Shown piece after piece: positions 27,634-38,049 of a stretch of 64,000 nucleotides of DNA. Every line of letters begins with the position of its first letter. The stretch's first letter is position 1. The stretch is from the UHGV virus genome UHGV-1363143; one strand, 5' to 3'. Source of the DNA: a virus. The notes under the pieces were generated by a model. The model had not been told where the DNA came from. It did not search any database and was given only the letters and a program-made list of their open reading frames with translations. The position numbers and the translations under genes were made by a program.

Positions 27634-28238
27634 TAAGCTACCTCCTTTTCATTTAAAGTTTGTACATTTAATTGTTTTTCATAAAATTCTACTTTTTCCC
27701 TAATCTCTTCTAAAAAGATACAATATGTTTCAAAAAACATATCTATCATAAAATATTCTTCTGGAACAATTATATAAATATAATCATTAAAAATAATCTG
27801 TACATCTGTTACTGTGCTTTCTTCACACATACAGCAATTTTCTGTAAATAATTGAATAAATTTATTTATAAAATCATTGTTATTTAACTTATACTTTATA
27901 AGTTTATCAATATCAGGATTTTCTATTTTCACGGTTAATCCATTTATACAGTCTTTATCATAAGTAGAATATGGTATCTTACCACCTATAGAAATCAATT
28001 CATCTTTCATATACTCATTAGTGCCACAGTAACCAGTTCCTATTGAAGTACCCAAAAGTCCTCCAAGGAATTCTACTTGATCTATGCCTCCATATCCATC
28101 TTCATCAGCCCTTGTATCTATTGTTATATAAGTGCCTTCTTCGTAGATATATCCTAATTTTTTTATTCTCATGCAATTACCTAACATAACTAATTTCCCA
28201 AATAATCTATCTATTTCATCTTCATTAATATCAATCAT
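27633..28238 (-). CDS. hypothetical protein in the Ubl cluster (no JAB/MPN motif)
   Basis: 201-aa ORF whose start overlaps the E2-like gene by 1 nt; no HxHx7Sx2D. Confidence 0.35.
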   Translation of the reverse strand: MIDINEDEIDRLFGKLVMLGNCMRIKKLGYIYEEGTYITIDTRADEDGYGGIDQVEFLGGLLGTSIGTGYCGTNEYMKDELISIGGKIPYSTYDKDCINGLTVKIENPDIDKLIKYKLNNNDFINKFIQLFTENCCMCEESTVTDVQIIFNDYIYIIVPEEYFMIDMFFETYCIFLEEIREKVEFYEKQLNVQTLNEKEVA

Positions 28239-28247
28239 GATTCCCTC

Positions 28248-28547
28248 CTAAAATAAATCAGCTTGTAATGCCTTTTTTTGTGTTTTAGTAGATCTAGCTA
28301 ACCCATTCATTTTTGATGTAGCTGCCATTGAATGTAATAATATTGGATCATTTGTAACCATATCTATTGCCTTATCTAATGTTTCGTCTGTTAAGTTCAT
28401 TATTGTGGCTGCTTCGCAGTCTATGTAATCTGATATTATTGAAATAAGTTCATGTGCTTTTATTTCAACATCAGTTAAAACTTTTTCTTGTTTTATGTTC
28501 TTAATTGAATCATTAAATTTATCAATATTAAATTCTAGTTTTATCAT
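28248..28547 (-). CDS. hypothetical protein
   Basis: 99-aa ORF. Confidence 0.3.
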   Translation of the reverse strand: MIKLEFNIDKFNDSIKNIKQEKVLTDVEIKAHELISIISDYIDCEAATIMNLTDETLDKAIDMVTNDPILLHSMAATSKMNGLARSTKTQKKALQADLF

Positions 28548-28559
28548 ACTTACCTCCTT

Positions 28560-28592
28560 AAAACAAAAAGAGCAAGCCTAAGCTTGCTCCTT
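28560..28592 (-). terminator. rho-independent terminator
   Basis: perfect 8-bp stem gagcaagc/gcttgctc, followed by TTTTTGTTTT on the minus strand. Confidence 0.55.
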
Positions 28593-28871
28593 CTTATTTA
28601 CATAAAGATCTAATACTAATTCATTTTTCTTATTCCTAGAAACTAATATAGTTGCCTTTTCTGTTTTTGTAGGTTTATAATCATCCTCATATTTTGTTAT
28701 AAATATTACTTCAGCCCCTTTTTCATTATCTATAATATTAGCTAGAGGCTGAAAGTCAATCTTGCCAAGGTCAAAGTCAAATGATGCTATAACTTCATCA
28801 TTGACTTTAATCTCTTCGACATAATGAGTCTTATTTTTAAGCCTAATCAAAGTTACAACTATATTATCCAT
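28578..28871 (-). CDS. hypothetical protein
   Basis: 97-aa ORF overlapping the ligA stop codon. Confidence 0.3.
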   Translation of the reverse strand: MDNIVVTLIRLKNKTHYVEEIKVNDEVIASFDFDLGKIDFQPLANIIDNEKGAEVIFITKYEDDYKPTKTEKATILVSRNKKNELVLDLYVNKKEQA

Positions 28872-30762
28872 TTATGATTTCCTTTAACTCATCTAATGAA
28901 TTGATTATAGGAGTACCTAAATCTGTAGCTTTGGTGTACTTAGTAGTACCTTCCTCACCAGGACTAGCTAATAAATAACTTGTCTTAGAAGAGACAGAGC
29001 CACTAGTCTTATGTCCAGCATCCTTAATCATTTGTTCGATTTCTTTTCTAGGAATATCAAATGAACCTGTAATAACAAATGTCTTAATATCTGAATTAGA
29101 AATTTTTTTAGCTACTGTAGTTACATCTAAAGGTCTTACTCCAGCATCCCATAGCATTCCAAATCTTTCTGCTCCATATTTATTAAGATTCTCTATCATT
29201 TTAGGTCCTATTTTTTCAATAGAAGCTATAGTTTTATAACCCGTCTTTACTTCATTTATTAAATTAGGCAAAGTACGAATAGTATTAGCTATATCTTCGC
29301 TAGCAGACTTTCCTATTAAAGGTATGTTAGCTGCTAAAATGAATCTCTTTAATTCAGTTTGTTTTGCTTTTTGAATACTGTTATATAATTTTTCAGCACT
29401 CTTTTCAGCAAACCCTGGTAGATTTAATATATCTTCTTTATGAAAATATAATGGCGTTGTGAAATCATACTCATATTCTTTTTCTTCACAATAATTCATT
29501 ATCTTTATAATAGTTTCTTTTGATAATCCAGTTATATTTAAAGCTTCTCTTGATGAAAGTTTGATTGTTTTACCTAATTCTTGAGCGTCACATTCTTCCC
29601 CAGTGCAATATAATATATTATTTTTAAATTCTGTAGGGGCTCCACATACTGGACACTTCTTAGGAGGTATTATTGGAAAAGTATCTCTAGTTACCTTAGG
29701 TTCACCTTTTATTATTTTAGGTATAACATCATTAGCTTTAACTACAAATACTCTCTCATTAATTCTGATATTAAGGGCGTTAATAATGCTAATATTGTGT
29801 AATGTAGCTCTATTAATTGTAGATCCTAATATTCTAATTGGTTCAATTTCTCCAACGGGTGCAATTATACCAGTTTTCCCTACTTGCCAAGTAACAGATT
29901 TAAGCGTAGTCCATTCACCTTGGGCTTCAAACTTAACAGCTATCGCACCATTAGGATGATGTCTAGTAAATCCAAATTTCTTACTTCCATCATGCTTTAT
30001 GACTAACCCATCAATATCATAATCTAAAGAATCCCTATATTTATCTTCATAAGTTAATATATAATCTAATGCTTCTTCTTCAGTCTCTGGCTTAAAATTA
30101 TCTACAGTATTCCAGCCTAACATTTGTAAAGACATAATTTGATTACTTGAATCATTTGATTCTTCAGTTCTAATCATATTGTAAGCAAAAGCTTTTAATC
30201 CTTTTACTTTATTAATATCAAGTTGTCTAAGCATACCAGCTGCAGCATTACGAGTATTATCAAATGGTTTTTCTCCATTTTTTATTTTTTCTTCATTTAA
30301 CTTATTAAATTCAGATTTTAACATTACAACTTCTGATCTTATAGGAACTTGAACATTACTAAATTCGCCTATTCCATCGACATTCGTTACTTTTAATGTA
30401 ACTACTTCACCAATTTCTCCGTTTCCTCTAGTCACATGTTCTCCACTTGGATATGATACTAAAGTTAATCCATCCATTTTAGGCTGTATAGTAACAGGCC
30501 ATAACCTATGGATATGAGATTTTAATTCATCAATCTTTGTAATTTGGCACTTATCTAATGAAGATATATTTGTTGTATGTTGATATTTAACGCTAGTTTC
30601 ACTAGCTTCTCCTGGCACATAATCATATTCTTCAAGACCAGTTAATTCTAAGTATCTTGCTTTAAGTGCATCATATTCAAAATCTGATATCTCAGGAGAA
30701 TCTTGATTATAATATAAGTTATCATGATAATCTAATAACTTTTTTATTTCATTGGCATTCAT
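28864..30762 (-). CDS. ligA: NAD+-dependent DNA ligase
   Basis: adenylation motif KMDGLT, ligase N-terminal Ia domain, OB/Zn/HhH/BRCT-length C-terminus; 632 aa. Confidence 0.9.
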   Translation of the reverse strand: MNANEIKKLLDYHDNLYYNQDSPEISDFEYDALKARYLELTGLEEYDYVPGEASETSVKYQHTTNISSLDKCQITKIDELKSHIHRLWPVTIQPKMDGLTLVSYPSGEHVTRGNGEIGEVVTLKVTNVDGIGEFSNVQVPIRSEVVMLKSEFNKLNEEKIKNGEKPFDNTRNAAAGMLRQLDINKVKGLKAFAYNMIRTEESNDSSNQIMSLQMLGWNTVDNFKPETEEEALDYILTYEDKYRDSLDYDIDGLVIKHDGSKKFGFTRHHPNGAIAVKFEAQGEWTTLKSVTWQVGKTGIIAPVGEIEPIRILGSTINRATLHNISIINALNIRINERVFVVKANDVIPKIIKGEPKVTRDTFPIIPPKKCPVCGAPTEFKNNILYCTGEECDAQELGKTIKLSSREALNITGLSKETIIKIMNYCEEKEYEYDFTTPLYFHKEDILNLPGFAEKSAEKLYNSIQKAKQTELKRFILAANIPLIGKSASEDIANTIRTLPNLINEVKTGYKTIASIEKIGPKMIENLNKYGAERFGMLWDAGVRPLDVTTVAKKISNSDIKTFVITGSFDIPRKEIEQMIKDAGHKTSGSVSSKTSYLLASPGEEGTTKYTKATDLGTPIINSLDELKEIING

Positions 30763-30773
30763 TATTAGTCCTC

Positions 30774-31220
30774 CTATCTTACTGACACTGAACCACCAGC
30801 ATCTATGTCTCCTTTATGAGATCCACTTATAATTACTGAACCTCCACAGTCTATATTTCCTGTAACATCTCCTTTGGCTGTAACACTACCGCCACAATCA
30901 ATGTATCCTCCTAATTTGCCACCTATAGTTACACTACCACCGCAATCAATACCATTTATCACATCGCCTGTGACTTCTACTGAACCATTGCATTGAATAC
31001 TTTCTACATTACCTTCAATGATTACGTTTATGATTGTATTGCTGTTAATTCCATCAATATCATTGATTTCTTTTCCATCAACAATAATCTTACCATTACT
31101 AATGGATACATTATTGCCTGCAACACTAATTGTTTTGCCATTAATAGATACTTTATGCATATTTCCATTGCTAATAATACATTGACTATTTCCATTTATA
31201 AAATTCTTAAAAAAGCCCAT
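30774..31220 (-). CDS. beta-helical repeat protein (bactofilin-like ~17-aa repeats)
   Basis: repeated (G)xIDCGGSV(T/I) units: IDCGGSVTIGGKLGGYIDCGGSVTAKGDVTGNIDCGGSVIISGSHKGDIDAGGSVSV; Gly- and Val-rich; 148 aa. Confidence 0.45.
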   Translation of the reverse strand: MGFFKNFINGNSQCIISNGNMHKVSINGKTISVAGNNVSISNGKIIVDGKEINDIDGINSNTIINVIIEGNVESIQCNGSVEVTGDVINGIDCGGSVTIGGKLGGYIDCGGSVTAKGDVTGNIDCGGSVIISGSHKGDIDAGGSVSVR

Positions 31221-31468
31221 TAATTTTCTTTCCCTTCGAATATACTTTCTAGTCTAGGAACTGAATCTATCATTGCTTCTTCAAAATCAACTAAGTGTTC
31301 TAACTCTAGAGGGATTGAGCCACTTAATATAGTTCCAACTAAAGCAAAGAATTCATGTCCAAATTCTTCTGGATCTTGATCTGTATTGAAGTATAAATCA
31401 TAAAAAAGTTGAATTAATATTTCCTTTTCTTCAGCTGTTAAATCTGTATACACTGTTCTATTTCCCAT
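31220..31468 (-). CDS. hypothetical acidic protein
   Basis: 82-aa ORF. Confidence 0.3.
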   Translation of the reverse strand: MGNRTVYTDLTAEEKEILIQLFYDLYFNTDQDPEEFGHEFFALVGTILSGSIPLELEHLVDFEEAMIDSVPRLESIFEGKEN

Positions 31469-31479
31469 TGCTATTCCTC

Positions 31480-31698
31480 CTAATATTTATGTAAATCTGA
31501 ATTCATTATGTCACATAAATATATTTCTGAATTATTTTCTTTAAGGATTTCGCCATCTTTAATTATAGCTGCGCAATCATCAACTCTTTCAATATTATAA
31601 TTTGAATGACATTTATCTATTGCTTCACTTAAATTAGAAGCTTCAACTTCCATATCTATTGATTTTATAATCAATCCTTTTAATTGATATTTAGGCAT
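31480..31698 (-). CDS. hypothetical protein
   Basis: 72-aa ORF. Confidence 0.3.
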   Translation of the reverse strand: MPKYQLKGLIIKSIDMEVEASNLSEAIDKCHSNYNIERVDDCAAIIKDGEILKENNSEIYLCDIMNSDLHKY

Positions 31699-31844
31699 TA
31701 TTCATCTTCCTCCTCTAATTCCTCTCTACATTGAGTAAAGTATTCTGTAACTAGATCATCTATCTTTGTTAATATATCTCTATCCTTTGAACCAGAAGAT
31801 ATTAATAATTCATTAATTTGTGATAATACGTCATGTGGATCCAT

Positions 31845-32414
31845 TTATTTCACCTCATATTTTCCTATAGTTATTTCGACTAAATCATATTCATCTTGCA
31901 AAATATAACTATATATTTTTTCATTTGCATTTAATTTTTCTTCATCTTTATATTCAGATTGTCCAAATTCTTTTTGAGCTTTGTCTCTAATTTCTATTGC
32001 TTTTTCATAAGCTTTTGTAAAATCAGTTGTGATTAAGTGAATATTACTACCAATTTCACATTGATTATTCATATATCTATAATCTTCTTTAACTACAAAT
32101 ACACCAATATTATCAATTTCATCGGAAGTTAATTCGAAGATTTTTTCTTGTCCCTCTCCATAAACGTAATGTTTATAAATAGCGTCATTATTATCAATAT
32201 CTTCTTCTAATGAATGAACTATCCATTCTTCAATTTGCTCATCTGTTACATCTGGTGAGTCTCCTATTAAACAATCTTCCTTATTGTATGCCCATTCCTT
32301 TTCGCTATCTAGACAGAACTTTCTAGCTTCATCTAAATTTAAAAATATTCTTGTAGAATGCTCTGCTGCTTCCTCTAAATCTGTCCAAATTATATTGACT
32401 GCATATGCTTTCAT
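31845..32414 (-). CDS. hypothetical acidic protein
   Basis: 189-aa ORF. Confidence 0.35.
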   Translation of the reverse strand: MKAYAVNIIWTDLEEAAEHSTRIFLNLDEARKFCLDSEKEWAYNKEDCLIGDSPDVTDEQIEEWIVHSLEEDIDNNDAIYKHYVYGEGQEKIFELTSDEIDNIGVFVVKEDYRYMNNQCEIGSNIHLITTDFTKAYEKAIEIRDKAQKEFGQSEYKDEEKLNANEKIYSYILQDEYDLVEITIGKYEVK

Positions 32415-32416
32415 AG

Positions 32417-32716
32417 TTACGCAACCTCCCCAGCAAATAATTCTTTTGTAACTTGATCAGCTAAGTTATAAGCCAAATCAGAAACAAGGTCTGTATTAAA
32501 CAGTCTTTCTGCTAATGTTTTTATAAAGATTTTTCTTTCTTCATCTGATAATGTTCTGTCTATAGCTTCTTCACATTCACATACTCTTGACTCTGCTTCC
32601 ATAAAGCAAAAAGCTTCTGATGCAGAATCATATATTTTTGACTCTATGTTATTTTCTTTTAAAAATTTTAATAAATTAACCTTCTCTTCCATGCTTATAT
32701 CTAATTCTAAGTACAT
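32417..32716 (-). CDS. hypothetical acidic protein
   Basis: 99-aa ORF. Confidence 0.3.
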   Translation of the reverse strand: MYLELDISMEEKVNLLKFLKENNIESKIYDSASEAFCFMEAESRVCECEEAIDRTLSDEERKIFIKTLAERLFNTDLVSDLAYNLADQVTKELFAGEVA

Positions 32717-32735
32717 TGTATCTACCTTCCTTTGT

Positions 32736-32760
32736 CAATAATAAGAGGCCCTAAGGCCTC
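32736..32760 (-). terminator. GC-rich hairpin after groL
   Basis: stem gaggcc/ggcctc with ctaa loop, followed by TTATTATTG. Confidence 0.4.
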
Positions 32761-32766
32761 ACAGTA

Positions 32767-34585
<1,819 letters not shown>

Positions 34586-34596
34586 ATTTATACCTC

Positions 34597-35289
34597 CTAT
34601 AAATTGTCCAAAGTTCTATCTGGATTTTTAATCAATTTATATCTTATTTCATATAAATGTTCTTCAAACTCTTCTAAGTTTGTTATTTCTATACGATCAT
34701 AGTCACAGTATAGTTCAAAGCAACCACAGTTAAGTTCTTCATCTTCTTCATCAGTAGTTTCTTCTCCATTGGATAACTTTTTCCAATATGACTTAAGTTT
34801 TTCTACCTTTTCGCTTGTGAAAACTCTTTCTTGACAATCAAAGTTGTGATAATGACTGCATGATACAACATAATTCTTTTCAAGTATTTTCTTTTCTAAT
34901 AAAAAATTTATTACTTTTTCATCAAGACTATTTATTTCATTTCTTTTTATGTTTCTCTTAGAAAGTAATCTATCAAGTTTTATCTTTTCTTCTTCTGAAA
35001 TAAAATCAATCTCTTTTATCTCTTTAAAGTAATGAACACCTAAAATTTCAGGATATAATTCTGCTTTTTTAGCTTCCATTATTTCTTTTACGTTAGACGT
35101 AGTTTCATCATTGTTCATATATATTATCAACTTAAAAAACTCTTTAACTTCTTGATAAGACAATTTTTTTACATCTTCTAAGTCTATATTGCTGCTCATA
35201 TCTTTTAATTCTTGATATTTTTTTAAAGCAATATTATCAGCATTTTTATACTCTTTATTTTTTTCTAGAATTTCTTTTACGCTATACAT
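34597..35289 (-). CDS. hypothetical protein
   Basis: 230-aa ORF. Confidence 0.35.
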   Translation of the reverse strand: MYSVKEILEKNKEYKNADNIALKKYQELKDMSSNIDLEDVKKLSYQEVKEFFKLIIYMNNDETTSNVKEIMEAKKAELYPEILGVHYFKEIKEIDFISEEEKIKLDRLLSKRNIKRNEINSLDEKVINFLLEKKILEKNYVVSCSHYHNFDCQERVFTSEKVEKLKSYWKKLSNGEETTDEEDEELNCGCFELYCDYDRIEITNLEEFEEHLYEIRYKLIKNPDRTLDNL

Positions 35290-35304
35290 AATTAAGTCTA
35301 CCTC

Positions 35305-35712
35305 CTACCAGTACCTTAATCCTTCTTTAGGTATTTCTATTTTTCTAGTAGTCATATAATAAGCTATTCTATTGACATATCTTGCTCCTTCTACTAGCCA
35401 AGCTTCTTCATCTTCACAATCAATAACAGTATAAACATGTACATCTGAGAAAGTATTTGCGACCTCATTAGCAGCTCTACAATCATCCCATCTGAATTTG
35501 TCTCTTAAAAATTCTACTTTTTCATTTCCCCCTGGCATAATAAAATATTTTTCATTATCTTTAAAGAAATTTTCTAGAGCCTCCTCCTGTGCATCTGTCA
35601 TTTCATCAACTTCTATGCAATAACCTCCACATTCAGGACATCCTTCATCATGTTCATCTGTTTCAACAATCTCTTCTCCTAAGTAATCACATTCTTGACA
35701 TCTCCAAGCCAT
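35305..35712 (-). CDS. hypothetical zinc-ribbon protein
   Basis: CQEC...CPECGGYC; 135 aa. Confidence 0.35.
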   Translation of the reverse strand: MAWRCQECDYLGEEIVETDEHDEGCPECGGYCIEVDEMTDAQEEALENFFKDNEKYFIMPGGNEKVEFLRDKFRWDDCRAANEVANTFSDVHVYTVIDCEDEEAWLVEGARYVNRIAYYMTTRKIEIPKEGLRYW

Positions 35713-35739
35713 CTTTGTCTCCTCCTGTATATTTAATTT

Positions 35740-36324
35740 TTATATAATTGATACTTTCGTAGTTTTTATATTAAATGTCTTGCATAATAGATAGTCAATG
35801 TAACCATCTTGCAATACATTGTCCTTATTAACTCTTATAGGTTTTGCAAACTTACCGTTTTCCTTATAATAAGTTAATTTATTTATAACTTTATCAGGTG
35901 ATGGAGTGTGCTCTTTAAAAACTTCTTGTATTTCGATATCATCAACATTTACAAGCATTAAGTTTTCATTAAGCTCATCACATTTCTTTTGAGCTTCTTC
36001 TCTTGTTAAGAATAAGCTCTCTTCTGATCTATTTAACATTTGTGAGCCACAATAACCTTTATACTTTACGACAGATTCTCCATTGTTATTAACTTCAATC
36101 TTAGTTTGCTTAATTACAAAAGGGGTTTCATGTACTATGTTAGTAGTTTTCTTTGATGTAAATGAACCTGCTCCCATACATTCAGGGCATCTCATATTCT
36201 TATTGTTAAATTTAATAGTTCCTTCACCTTCACATATTTCACAAGGTATTTCAACTTTAACCTTTTTTATGGTATATAAACTTTCTCCATTTAGAAATTT
36301 AACTGGTATTTGCAATGTATTCAT
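35740..36324 (-). CDS. hypothetical protein with DnaJ-type CxxCxGxG zinc-finger repeats
   Basis: CEICEGEGT...CPECMGAGS; 194 aa. Confidence 0.35.
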   Translation of the reverse strand: MNTLQIPVKFLNGESLYTIKKVKVEIPCEICEGEGTIKFNNKNMRCPECMGAGSFTSKKTTNIVHETPFVIKQTKIEVNNNGESVVKYKGYCGSQMLNRSEESLFLTREEAQKKCDELNENLMLVNVDDIEIQEVFKEHTPSPDKVINKLTYYKENGKFAKPIRVNKDNVLQDGYIDYLLCKTFNIKTTKVSII

Positions 36325-36352
36325 AATAATTTCTCCTTTAGTTTTTTATTTT

Positions 36353-36682
36353 TTATACAGCAAAGAAGTTAAGTGACTTACACTTTGGACAACAAGGCTC
36401 TCCATTAAGTATTAGTTCCTCAGCTTTTTCTGCTGTAATTTTATATTTATCTATTAGTTTGTTAGCATCTATTGTATCCAAATCAAAATGTAGAGGATTT
36501 GGACCTGGTTCTGGTTTTACTATAAAAAATTCTTTAACATGAATTAATCCTTCATAACCTTCTACCTTCCAAAGACCTGTTTCTCCTATGTATTTACAAT
36601 CAATACATTCATTTGAAAATCTTTTTGACATTATTCTACCTCCAGTTATGTATAAACAATTACCTTGTTTAATATTATGCAA
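36353..36682 (-). CDS. hypothetical Cys-rich protein
   Basis: CIDC...CCPKC; 109 aa. Confidence 0.3.
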   Translation of the reverse strand: MHNIKQGNCLYITGGRIMSKRFSNECIDCKYIGETGLWKVEGYEGLIHVKEFFIVKPEPGPNPLHFDLDTIDANKLIDKYKITAEKAEELILNGEPCCPKCKSLNFFAV

Positions 36683-36737
36683 ATAAAAAAAGATAGACTA
36701 TTATTTTTGCCTATCCTATCGAAATATAGTTATTAAA

Positions 36738-37151
36738 TTATTCGCCTCTTAATATTTCTAATTGATCCTTTTCATTTTTAAGTTTTCTGATTAATGCTGT
36801 AATGCAATCGTCAATAGTGTGATTTCTACCACAATAAAACTTAATATAAAAATATTTTCCTATAATTTTTATATCAATTCTTACAGTATTCTCTATAGTA
36901 AAACTTTTATTTATTCTATTATTTATAAGTTCTTTATTGTCTTTAAAATATGATGAACATTCATGAATAATATAATCTTGAACTACTCCACTTTCTAATA
37001 TTTGTTTTAAAATTGTATTATTTAAGTAAAGCTTTTTCTTATTAAAACTTGCTGAAAATCTAAGAGTTGCCATTAAGCATTGCTCCATAGATGTTTTTAT
37101 ATCATTGTCAGTATTGTTATTTATTATTAATTTTCCTGAGTAATATCCCAT
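36738..37151 (-). CDS. hypothetical protein downstream of the MazF-like gene
   Basis: 137-aa ORF. Confidence 0.3.
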   Translation of the reverse strand: MGYYSGKLIINNNTDNDIKTSMEQCLMATLRFSASFNKKKLYLNNTILKQILESGVVQDYIIHECSSYFKDNKELINNRINKSFTIENTVRIDIKIIGKYFYIKFYCGRNHTIDDCITALIRKLKNEKDQLEILRGE

Positions 37152-37154
37152 ATT

Positions 37155-37532
37155 TTACACCGCCTTAAAAGGATCATCTTGTTTAATGTAAGATTTTCTT
37201 CCGAATTGTATGTCAGCAGCTTGATCTATTTTATTCATATATTCAACTGATAATGAGCCTATTTTTTCTCTTAACTGAGTCTTATTAATAGTAGTAATTT
37301 GTTCTAATAGAGCCATAGAAGGTTCTTTTAAACCAAAGCCTTCAATTAATACATGCACACATAACTCTTTAAGCTCACTACTCAATGGAATAGCTTGAAG
37401 AACTGGTGCGAATATGTTATTTGTGTTATTTGAATAAATTATTACTGGTCTAACGCCAATTTGCTGATTCCCTATTCCATACAATTCAGCATAGAAAATA
37501 TCTCCTCTTCTTATTTTTGGTCCTCTCCCCAT
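37155..37532 (-). CDS. PemK/MazF-family endoribonuclease toxin homologue
   Basis: RRGDIFYAELYGIGNQQIGVRPVIIYSNNTNN...APVLQAIPLSS matches the MazF/PemK fold signature (RGdI..v.l....G.E..k.RPvlVvS); 125 aa. Confidence 0.75.
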   Translation of the reverse strand: MGRGPKIRRGDIFYAELYGIGNQQIGVRPVIIYSNNTNNIFAPVLQAIPLSSELKELCVHVLIEGFGLKEPSMALLEQITTINKTQLREKIGSLSVEYMNKIDQAADIQFGRKSYIKQDDPFKAV

Positions 37533-37550
37533 GTTTATCCTCCTGTATGT

Positions 37551-38036
37551 CTAAAAGTAAATCCTTTCTTTTTTCTTTAAATCAATAATCCTTTGATTAG
37601 CAGAGCCTGTATATAGCTGTGCACCTTCACGATTATCTATTTCGAACCTTCCATCAGCTAAGTAATCAGCTATTGAAAGTATTTCGTGTATATATGAATT
37701 ATTCATACCTATTAACTGCTCATAGGTTCTACCAGAATAAATCATTATATTAAGTGATGGGCATTCAGACTTTATTCTTTTACAAAGTTCTAATATTTCC
37801 TTTGGTTGCTCCATAGGATCTCCACCACTAAGAGTAACTCCTTCTATAAATGGACTAGATTCTATATGTTCCATTATTGTATCTATAGGCATACTTACTC
37901 CTAATTCTTTGTTCCATGTATGAGTGTTATGACACCCAGGGCACCCCATTGAGCACCCTTGAGTGAATAGAACATATCTCATACCAGGTCCATTGGCTAA
38001 ACTATCATATAGTTCACCTGCTGTTTGTATGTTCAT
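37551..38036 (-). CDS. nrdG: anaerobic ribonucleoside-triphosphate reductase activating protein (radical SAM); start placed at an internal Met
   Basis: NGPGMRYVLFTQGCSMGCPGCHNTHTW (CxxxCxxC)...SGGDP...IDGRFE; the longer ORF call would overlap nrdD, so a start near 38036/38045 is more likely. Confidence 0.8.
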   Translation of the reverse strand: MNIQTAGELYDSLANGPGMRYVLFTQGCSMGCPGCHNTHTWNKELGVSMPIDTIMEHIESSPFIEGVTLSGGDPMEQPKEILELCKRIKSECPSLNIMIYSGRTYEQLIGMNNSYIHEILSIADYLADGRFEIDNREGAQLYTGSANQRIIDLKKKERIYF

Positions 38037-38049
38037 ATAATGCATCTCC

